From Vulcanimicrobiota bacterium (GTDB taxonomy: Bacteria > Vulcanimicrobiota > Vulcanimicrobiia > Vulcanimicrobiales > Vulcanimicrobiaceae), in contig PLCF01000004.1 in NCBI GenBank assembly GCA_003135555.1, forward strand, positions 1-13,008: DNA of 13,008 nt, in the 5' to 3' direction. A program made the position numbers and the translations under genes. The notes beneath the pieces were generated by a model. That model saw only the letters and a program-made list of their open reading frames with translations. It made no database searches and had not been told where the DNA came from. Shown one piece after another: positions 1 through 7,180 of this stretch (the stretch's first letter is position 1; each line of letters begins with the position of its first letter).

Positions 1-246
1 AACACCTACGCGTGGTTCAAGGACAACGTCGAGGACCTCGCCGCGCGCGAGGGTTACGCACCGGGCGACAAGTTGGCGGCGTTCGACGCGCTGACGCGCG
101 ACGGGAAGATCCCGCTGGGCGTGATCTACCGGGAGGACCGGCCGACGTTCGAGGATCGCACCGGCCTGCCCGAGGCGCCGATCGCGCGGCTCGACGTCCG
201 CACGCCGCGCGCGGAGTACGCCGCCATCCAGGCCTCGTACCGCTAG
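1..246 (+). CDS. 2-oxoacid:ferredoxin oxidoreductase beta subunit, C-terminal part (5' end outside window)
   Basis: Not in the ORF track. Frame 1 reads NTYAWFKDNVEDLAAREGYAPGDKLAAFDALTRDGKIPLGVIYREDRPTFEDRTGLPEAPIARLDV...ASYR, stop TAG 244-246. NTYxWFK and KIPLGVIYREDRPTFE match the C-terminal region of KorB/PorB-type beta subunits. Confidence 0.8.
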   Translation, partial: NTYAWFKDNVEDLAAREGYAPGDKLAAFDALTRDGKIPLGVIYREDRPTFEDRTGLPEAPIARLDVRTPRAEYAAIQASYR

Positions 247-262
247 GCCCGACGCCGGTGCG

Positions 263-1120
263 GTGACCGCAGGCACGCTCGTCCAGGCGGCGCTGACCGC
301 GTCGGCGGACGAGCTGGTGCGCTGCGACGCGCGGCTGCGGGCCGGTGACGACGCCGAGGCGGTTCACGACGCGCGGGTCGCGGTGCGCCGGTTACGGTCG
401 GATCTGCGTGCGCTCCGGCCCGCGCTGGATCGTGCGTGGGCGAACGAGCTGCGCGAGCGGTTGCGGTGGCTGGGTGACGAATTGGGCGCGGCGCGCGATG
501 CCGGCGTACTGCTCGAGCGGCTGTCGCGGGACGTGGGAACGCTCCGCGCGCCGGAGGCGGCGGGAGTGCGCGAGGCGCTGGAGCCGTGGTGCGCCGCGCG
601 CGACGCGGCGTATGCACGCGTGGCCGCGATGGTGCTTGAGCCGCGTTATGCCGCGCTGCTCGAGCAGATCGTCGCCGCCGGGCGCGCGCCGCATGCCGGC
701 GGTCAGGCCGCGGAGGATGCCTGCGCCTTCGCCGCAGCGGTGATGCGTGCGGCCTGGAAAACGCTACGCAAGACCGTGCGCCGGCGCTCGCGCCCGCCGA
801 CCGATCTCGAGCTGCACCGTATTCGCATGAAAGCCAAACGCGCGCGTTACACCGCGGAGGCTGTCATCCCGGTGGTGGGAAAGCGAGCGCGCCGTTTCGC
901 GCGCGAGGTCGAGGCGCTGCAGAACGTGCTGGGCGAACAGCACGATGCGGTCGTCGCGTACGAGCGGCTATGCCGCGACGGCGCAGGCGGCGACCACGCC
1001 GGCATCACCGGCGAGCTCGCCACCCTCGAAGGCGAGGCGGCGCAGCGCGCGCGGCGCCGCTGGCGCAAGGCCTGGCGGCGCGTCGCGCGCCGTAAACGCC
1101 GCTTCTGGAGCGGGCTCTGA
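263..1120 (+). CDS. Stand-alone CHAD domain protein (putative polyphosphate-binding)
   Basis: 285 aa with CHAD motifs VHDARVAVRRLRS, LGDELGAARD, LHRIRMKAKRARY and LQNVLGEQHD. GTG start 16 nt after the upstream stop. Confidence 0.9.
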   Translation: MTAGTLVQAALTASADELVRCDARLRAGDDAEAVHDARVAVRRLRSDLRALRPALDRAWANELRERLRWLGDELGAARDAGVLLERLSRDVGTLRAPEAAGVREALEPWCAARDAAYARVAAMVLEPRYAALLEQIVAAGRAPHAGGQAAEDACAFAAAVMRAAWKTLRKTVRRRSRPPTDLELHRIRMKAKRARYTAEAVIPVVGKRARRFAREVEALQNVLGEQHDAVVAYERLCRDGAGGDHAGITGELATLEGEAAQRARRRWRKAWRRVARRKRRFWSGL

Positions 1121-1127
1121 GGGCCGT

Positions 1128-2057
1128 CTAGCGCGCCGGGTTTCTGGCGACGCGCAATGCCGTGCTCTCGCCGGGGCGCAGCAGCGTGACGGCGGTCTGC
1201 GGCGAGACGCGCGCGACCGCCGCGCGGAACAGGTCGCCGCACTGCGGACCGACCACGAGCGGGTTGTGCGCGTAGTGGACCGGGATCGCCTGACCGATGC
1301 CGAGCAGCTTGCAGGTCAGCGCGGCGTCGTCGGGGCCCATCGTGAACGCGCCGTTGCCGGTGCACACGACGGCCAAGTCGGGGTGGTAGCGCGTGCCGAC
1401 CAGCGCCATGTCGCCGTAGACGTCGGTGTCGCCCGATGCGTAGACGCGCGCGCCGCCGATGTCGATGATGAAGCCGGCCGCAGGAAACCCGCTGGCGGTG
1501 GAGTGGACGGCCGGGACCAGCTCGATCTTGACGCCTTTGTAGCTCGCGGTGCCGCCCATGTTGATCCCGGCGCCGCCGTTGAGCACGAGCTGCGTGTTGT
1601 CGAGGTTCGCCGCCTTGAACTTGGGGAGGAGGCCGACGCGCATGAGGTCGCTCTGTCCGACCGTCTTCACGTCGACGCCGGCGCCGACGAGCGCCCCGAG
1701 CAGCTCGAAGTAATCGCCGATATGATCGCCGTGGTCGTGGGTGAGCGCGACGATGATGGTGTCCGGCGAGCGGCCCTTGATGTGCGCGGCATACGCTGCC
1801 GCGCTCGACAGCTCGGCGGGCTTGTCGATGTTGAACGCTTTGAAGCCGGTGTTGTTCCAGATCCACGCGTCGACCAAGACGATCGTCTTGTCGTCGGGCG
1901 TCGCGAGCTCGAAGACGCCGCCGCCGTACCAGCGAATCTTGAGCGGGGACGGTGGCCCGGCAGCGGCGACCGCCGTCGCGCCGTGGACGAGCGCGCCAGC
2001 CGCTCCGGCGGCGCCGGTGACGGCAAAGAACTCGCCGCGCGAGAGTGGATCGCTCAT
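1128..2057 (-). CDS. Metallo-beta-lactamase-fold metal-dependent hydrolase (UPF0173-like) with Tat-like signal peptide
   Basis: 309 aa with THDHGDH (HxHxDH), VPAVHS, YASGDT, FTMGP and IPVHY motifs. N-terminus SRGEFF, then a hydrophobic Ala/Gly stretch and an AxA site. AGGAG lies upstream of the ATG. Confidence 0.9.
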   Translation of the reverse strand: MSDPLSRGEFFAVTGAAGAAGALVHGATAVAAAGPPSPLKIRWYGGGVFELATPDDKTIVLVDAWIWNNTGFKAFNIDKPAELSSAAAYAAHIKGRSPDTIIVALTHDHGDHIGDYFELLGALVGAGVDVKTVGQSDLMRVGLLPKFKAANLDNTQLVLNGGAGINMGGTASYKGVKIELVPAVHSTASGFPAAGFIIDIGGARVYASGDTDVYGDMALVGTRYHPDLAVVCTGNGAFTMGPDDAALTCKLLGIGQAIPVHYAHNPLVVGPQCGDLFRAAVARVSPQTAVTLLRPGESTALRVARNPAR

Positions 2058-2070
2058 GGAGTTTCTCCTC
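2058..2070 (-). promoter_or_regulatory. Shine-Dalgarno site of the MBL hydrolase
   Basis: Minus strand reads GAGGAGAAACTCC-ATG. Confidence 0.75.
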
Positions 2071-2160
2071 GACGGATGTCCCGGTGTAGCCGCACGATAC
2101 GCGGCCCGTCGGGCAAGCCCTCGTCGAGAATCGCATTCTGCCTGCCGGCGTGGCGCTACA

Positions 2161-2805
2161 TCATGGGGGGATGGCGATGTTGAGCGGGATCGTTATCGTC
2201 GCGGAGGTGCCGTCGCTGCGGCTCGCGACGAGTGAGGTCTGCAAGGTCGCTTGGCCGACCGGAACCGCGCTGAGCGGGAACGGAAAGGCGGCCTGCCACT
2301 GTCCGGGACCGGTTTGCACGAGGCTGATCGTCTGGTTGCCGACCTGCAACTTTACGGTGTTGGCGTTTGAGGTCGTGACGGCGGCGATGCGCACCGGCGT
2401 GCCGTTGGAGACGACCGTCGGCGCGAGGGTCGCGTAGAAGATCTGGACCGGATCGGTCGGGCGGGCGAAGTTGCTCTGCGGGGCCGAGCCAAACGTGAAC
2501 ACGTTGGTCTGCGCGAACGCCGTCGGCTGGGGGAGCGGCACCGGCGACGCGGTGACGAGCCCGACCGGCGCGGCGATGGCGAGCGGCGCTGCCGTCGGCG
2601 CAGGCGCTCCACCGCGTGCGGATGCGGCGGCTCGCGCGTGCGGTATCTGCCCGCTGGGCGCGGGCAGCCGAGTATTCGGGGGCAGCGTCGGCAGCGGGGC
2701 GGGCGTGGGGATGGTGTGCAGCGCGGGCCCGGGCAGCACGGGAGCACCCGGTTTGACGATGTGCGGGGTCACCACGATGATCAGCTCGTTGCGCTGCCCT
2801 TGCAC
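2161..2805 (-). pseudogene. 3' remnant of a secretin-like (type II secretion/type IV pilus) gene: last secretin strand, Pro/Ala linker and beta-rich C-terminal domain
   Basis: Begins VQGQRNELIIVVTPHIV, resembling the terminal ELxxxxTPxI strand of PilQ/GspD/RcpA-type secretins. Upstream the frame hits TAG (2838-2836) after 10 codons, so the barrel is missing. Host-like high GC. Confidence 0.7.
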
Positions 2806-2830
2806 CGATGGAACGCGGCCCGTGCAAGGG
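2797..2830. repeat. Perfect 9-bp inverted repeat with 16-nt spacer at the secretin/RHS junction
   Basis: CCCTTGCAC (2797-2805), CGATGGAACGCGGCCC, GTGCAAGGG (2822-2830). Confidence 0.9.
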
Positions 2831-5800
2831 TTCGGCTATCAGACGCTCGGCACGGGCTACGTGATGTCGTACGCAACGACGCCACGTTGGACTGGATCTG
2901 ACGGGGGGTACGTCGCTTTTGCCTTTGCTGGGGCCGACGTGCCGTCATCGACCTTGAGTGGCCTGGCGCACGTCGGTGTCATGAATCCGGCGGTCCCCGA
3001 CGGCGTCAGTTCCGGGGGTTTGCAGAGTGGTTATACCACCGGACCGATGGTGTACCTGTACGAGTGGTACCAGACGGGTGTTACGACGCCGACGTATCGC
3101 GATTCGGACGGGCACTACACTAACTGGGTGGTCGATGGGCGCGGTCGTCCGACGCAGATCCAAGAGTGCACAGCGACCACGGGAATTTGGACGTGCAACG
3201 GGATACTGCTGGCCACGAACGAGACCTGGGACGCCGCCAACAATCTTACGTCGGAAATGGATCCACGCGGCTATCAAGCCGACTACAGCTACGATCCGAA
3301 TGGGAACACCGTGATCGTTGCAGCGCCTTCAACGGTCGTCGCTACGCAAAGCGGTCTGGCAACATTTCGCCCTACCCAGCTTTTCGACTACGACGCGCAC
3401 AATAACCTGGTCGCCTATTGCGATCAGCGCGCGAGTCATCCTCGAGGCGACTGGACCTCCGCGGGTCCGCCGACTGGGGGTGGTCCCGACGCACTATGTG
3501 CCAACAATGGTTCGACGGCGCATGCGATTTTCACGTTCCCGATCAATCCGGCACCCTCATACGAACCGAATGGGCAACTCACAAACATTCGGACTGCGCT
3601 GGGCTACAACCGCGCGATCTCGTACGACGCCGGGAGACAAAGTGGCGTCGACTATGGGCTCCCAACGGCGCTGTCGGGCGACACCATTGGGCAGGCTGAC
3701 GGTTCTCGAACACCATTCCAGGCATTCGTTTACGATGCTCAAGGGAATCTCGCATGCTCGACGGCAAATGGTGCTGATACAAGCACAACGACTCTTCTGG
3801 CATATGACTCGCTCAATCGCATCGTGGCTGTCGGGGATCCGGACGATGCCTCGCTGAGCAGCCCGCTGTGCGCGAAGACGGCGGGCATCGCCGGTTCATC
3901 GATCGTAACCAGGAAGTCATATTTCCCTGATGGCAGCGTGGCGACGACGCAGAAGCCGGCCGAGGCCGCAGCAGGTGTCTCGACGCAGTTCCAATACGAT
4001 CTCGACGGTGACGTAACGTCTGAAGTCCACAACCATACGAGTACTCCCTCAACGACGTACAAGTGGTATGATGGAGCGGATCGCCTGGTCGAGGTGCAGC
4101 AGCCGACAGACTCCAATGATTTCTACAACTTCGCGTGGATGACGCGATATCTTTACGACCTTACGCAAAGCGGGACGGTAACCGTCGGCAGCAGTGCACC
4201 GTACCGCGCGTACGGAGGGCTATTTAAGACGCAGGAGCTCCTGCCAAACAGCTCTGCGCCAATTTGGACCGAGACAGGCTCGAGCGGAAACACGGGCGCG
4301 ACCTGGCAGGACACCGCCGGTACGGGCGCCGACGCGCTCGACCGCGCCAGCATTAGTTATCGTAACTCGTCGAATGGCCTCATGCCCGTCACGAACAGTT
4401 ACGACGGACCGGGCGCCGCGGGACTCCTTTCGCAGACATGCAATGCGAATGCAGAATGCCGCAGCGTTTCCTACAATGAGCGTGGGCTTAGGAGTCAGGT
4501 GCAGTTCAACGTAGGAGCCTCGACGACGCAGACTTTCTCCTACGACGAAGACGGCCGACTGGCAACAGCACAAAATACTGTAGGATCAATTACGGACGCG
4601 TACGATGCTGATGGCCGAAAGACTACGCGGACGCAAAGCGTTGGGTCGAGTACACCAGCCATGCTGAGCTATGGGTATTATTCCGACGGGATGCGATCGA
4701 GCATCTCAATCGGCGGTCTCGCCTATATGCCGAACGTGCTCGGCTACACATATCGGTCGGACGGCCTGATGCGGCACCTCGCGTTCCCCGGCAACTCATT
4801 CTTCACGTTCACATATACAGGCGGACGGCGCCTTACCACGCGTTCCGACAGCACGGGACAAGCGCCATATACGGCCACGTACACCGCGTTCGGACTGCCG
4901 AGTTCTGAAAATACTCCTGCCTGGCAGGAAAGCGGGATGGCTTACAATGCGGAGGGCGAGCAACTCGGCGGTACTACTATGCAATTGGTGTCGAGCATAT
5001 GGATCTACGGAGCGCAACTCGCCGGCGCCTACTCGACGCGCGGCGAAGTAATCCGAGATCTGTATGGCAATGACCTGGTGAAGATGGCGAATGGCGCTCG
5101 CATTGCGCAACTGCGGTCGACCGGGGCCCCGCCAACGTATCCTGCAACTGCGATGTATGCGTTCGATGCCAAGCAATCGTTTCCGGTCGGCGCCTCAACA
5201 GCAAATACCTGTAGCGGAACCTCTCATTGCCAAGACAACGGGCACGGCTTACAAAACAATACGACGACACAATATCAATATGACGTCGTTGGCCGTCAAG
5301 TTGGACAACTCAATAGCGACGTTAGTACGTCGACGTCGTGGCCGAATTCCAGCAAGACGTATGACGCCGAAGACCATTTACTGTCTGATGCGCACTCGGA
5401 TGAAACGCAGGACGAGTTCTCCCTCGGTTATGTGTGGGGCCCGATCAATCACCCGTTCAAGATTGGCTCGACCAGCTACGCCGTCTTTGGACCGCAACCG
5501 GCGGACTTCCAATACGACGCCCTCTACTGGGATGACGATACGTTACTCCTCACGGTCAACTCCGCTGGCGCGATCGACGACATCAAGATCGGCGACTTTG
5601 CCGACTATGTTCCAAACGTATCCAATCCGTTGACCGTTTGGGATCGAAGCGCCGATGGCCAAGTGCAAGCGTGCCATACCGGCGCGGGTGCCGGCCTCGC
5701 ACACACTAATTCATTCCTTCGCGTAGCTCTCCAATGTACGGCGCCGACGACTTTCACGAGCCCGCAACTCGCCAGCGGGAGTCGCCACGCGCCAATAACC

Positions 5801-6472
5801 GTAGGGAGAGGCGCGTTGCTCACGATCCCAAGGGGCGATGGCATCAGCGATGGCTACAACGCAATTCAAGGCGTTCGGTCGTTCGATACCCAGGCTGGAG
5901 TTTGGAGCACGCCGGATGCGTACCGTGGCGACGTCCACGATCCCATGTCCCAGAAGCCGTACATGTGGAATCGGAACAATCCCTACGTCTACAGTGATCC
6001 TAGCGGCTACGAAACGGGCGTAGCGTTCAGGGCCGGCTGGTTCCCGGACGGGCCTACCTACGGATTGGAACATGTTTGGGGGTTCCTGTTCGGCTCCGAC
6101 ATATCGACCCTCACGGATCCGCACGCCGGCGCCTTGGCAAAGGGACTTGCGGCGGCTTCCATCGCTGGCACGCTTCTAACGGGCGGCGACGCCGCCATTG
6201 CCAAGGGAGCATTAAAGGCTGCGGCACCAATCGGTTCGGCGCTGTTGAAGGCTGACAAGTACCATCGAGCTGCAGTGTTTATGCGGGAAGCGGCTGCAAA
6301 GAATGGCAGTCAGTTCAGTCGCATTGGTGGCGATGGCAAACCCTTTACCCTAACGCAGCTAGCCGGGGAAGTAGACGGCAAGAAGGGAGTCTTTGAGTAC
6401 GTCGTCGATCAGGCGGGGAACCTAACCCACCAATTCTTCAGGGAGGGAAAAACCGTGGACGGAAAGATTTGA
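2822..6472 (+). CDS. RHS/YD-repeat polymorphic toxin, probably 5'-truncated, start uncertain
   Basis: Many YD repeats (YSYDPNGN, DYDAHNNL, VYDAQGNL, AYDSLNRI, QYDLDGDV, WYDGADRL, SYDEDGRL, AYDADGRK, QYDVVGRQ). RHS-core-like end GVRSFD...NNPYVYSDPSGY at 5870-6010, then a 153 aa tail. First in-frame starts after the junction are GTG 2822 and GTG/ATG 2861/2864, none with a clear SD or signal peptide. Confidence 0.9.
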   Translation: MQGFGYQTLGTGYVMSYATTPRWTGSDGGYVAFAFAGADVPSSTLSGLAHVGVMNPAVPDGVSSGGLQSGYTTGPMVYLYEWYQTGVTTPTYRDSDGHYTNWVVDGRGRPTQIQECTATTGIWTCNGILLATNETWDAANNLTSEMDPRGYQADYSYDPNGNTVIVAAPSTVVATQSGLATFRPTQLFDYDAHNNLVAYCDQRASHPRGDWTSAGPPTGGGPDALCANNGSTAHAIFTFPINPAPSYEPNGQLTNIRTALGYNRAISYDAGRQSGVDYGLPTALSGDTIGQADGSRTPFQAFVYDAQGNLACSTANGADTSTTTLLAYDSLNRIVAVGDPDDASLSSPLCAKTAGIAGSSIVTRKSYFPDGSVATTQKPAEAAAGVSTQFQYDLDGDVTSEVHNHTSTPSTTYKWYDGADRLVEVQQPTDSNDFYNFAWMTRYLYDLTQSGTVTVGSSAPYRAYGGLFKTQELLPNSSAPIWTETGSSGNTGATWQDTAGTGADALDRASISYRNSSNGLMPVTNSYDGPGAAGLLSQTCNANAECRSVSYNERGLRSQVQFNVGASTTQTFSYDEDGRLATAQNTVGSITDAYDADGRKTTRTQSVGSSTPAMLSYGYYSDGMRSSISIGGLAYMPNVLGYTYRSDGLMRHLAFPGNSFFTFTYTGGRRLTTRSDSTGQAPYTATYTAFGLPSSENTPAWQESGMAYNAEGEQLGGTTMQLVSSIWIYGAQLAGAYSTRGEVIRDLYGNDLVKMANGARIAQLRSTGAPPTYPATAMYAFDAKQSFPVGASTANTCSGTSHCQDNGHGLQNNTTTQYQYDVVGRQVGQLNSDVSTSTSWPNSSKTYDAEDHLLSDAHSDETQDEFSLGYVWGPINHPFKIGSTSYAVFGPQPADFQYDALYWDDDTLLLTVNSAGAIDDIKIGDFADYVPNVSNPLTVWDRSADGQVQACHTGAGAGLAHTNSFLRVALQCTAPTTFTSPQLASGSRHAPITVGRGALLTIPRGDGISDGYNAIQGVRSFDTQAGVWSTPDAYRGDVHDPMSQKPYMWNRNNPYVYSDPSGYETGVAFRAGWFPDGPTYGLEHVWGFLFGSDISTLTDPHAGALAKGLAAASIAGTLLTGGDAAIAKGALKAAAPIGSALLKADKYHRAAVFMREAAAKNGSQFSRIGGDGKPFTLTQLAGEVDGKKGVFEYVVDQAGNLTHQFFREGKTVDGKI

Positions 6473-6473
6473 G

Positions 6474-6971
6474 ATGACGAATCAACCTATGTGGCCTCTT
6501 TATGAAAACGCGCTCGCCGCTGCCGACCTGCAATCCTTCGCGCCTCTGAACTACGGCGTCCTAGCAAAGGCACTTGATCTCGGATTGATCGATCAGCGTG
6601 CCCTTGTGGAGGGATTAGCCGTTCCCGGTTTCGCGGTGGCACCGCCATCGGACCTACTGGAAGTGTTTCTTCGGACTTCCTCAGAGTTCGACCGTCGACG
6701 CGACATACAAGAAGAACTCGAGCGCCTCTCGTTAGCTGACGATGAAAAGCGCCCTCCGCTGTGGATGATACTTGCGAGACTAATATTGCTGAGGCACCTG
6801 AACGCCGATGAAGCACTTAGGGTACTGCAGGAGCTTTTCCAGGAGCTGGGAGCTCCAGAACAAATGGCGCCGTACACATTGTACGGCGTCGCCTGCAACG
6901 AGACGGAGCCGAAATCAGCGGCTTCAATTGTTGCTAGCCTCGCCTCCTATCTTAGTCAAAGCGGTGCTTAA
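6474..6971 (+). CDS. Putative cognate immunity protein (DUF2247-like by recall)
   Basis: 165 aa, acidic, helical-looking, ATG 1 nt after the RHS stop, same low GC. The segment W...ALRVLQELFQELGAPEQMAPY recalls the DUF2247 pattern L..I..IYxDFxYPEEM..F. Confidence 0.75.
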   Translation: MTNQPMWPLYENALAAADLQSFAPLNYGVLAKALDLGLIDQRALVEGLAVPGFAVAPPSDLLEVFLRTSSEFDRRRDIQEELERLSLADDEKRPPLWMILARLILLRHLNADEALRVLQELFQELGAPEQMAPYTLYGVACNETEPKSAASIVASLASYLSQSGA

Positions 6972-6993
6972 GATGGGGAAGAACGTGGCCTAG

Positions 6994-7170
6994 GATGAAA
7001 CGGACTCGAGAGAATGCTGCGCGCTTGAAGTCGCGCCTCGTTTTTGCTCGTGCGACGTCACGGAAGCGCTTCGACGCGCTTGCGGAGAGTGCGGAATGCG
7101 CAACATTCGGCGCTCCGACAACGACACGGAATTCGTCGCAAATCCGCTTGACCCAGTGGGTGTTCTTGAG
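6994..7170 (+). pseudogene. Degenerate IS3-family transposase (rve/DDE core) fragment
   Basis: Frame 1 after TAG 6991-6993 reads DETDSRECCALEVAPRFCSCDVTEALRRACGECGMRNIRRSDNDTEFVANPLD. Skipping one C near 7153 continues QWVF. This follows the IS3 pattern D..SRECLAIEV...V...L....G.P..IRSDNGxEF...LDxW. Confidence 0.75.
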
Positions 7171-7180
7171 TCGGCTCGCC

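Larger units (their letters stand above)
2806..7180. mobile_element. Lower-GC island: RHS toxin, immunity gene and IS3 remnant
   Basis: Hand counts of G+C: 49/60 at 2521-2580 and 51/60 at 541-600, versus 31/60 at 3241-3300 and 26/60 at 5221-5280. Many A/T-ending codons inside. A broken gene at the left edge and an IS scar at the right. No integrase seen. Confidence 0.6.

Noticed and set aside
847..2235. Long alternative-frame ORFs (429, 412, 164 aa) over CHAD/MBL
   Set aside because: Arg/Ala-rich shadow frames typical of high-GC DNA, with no motifs.
2471..2803. N-terminal ~110 aa of the 1333 aa RHS ORF in the track (TTG start 2471)
   Set aside because: It is the antisense reading of the high-GC secretin remnant and has no RHS character. 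The frame is probably open by chance across the junction.
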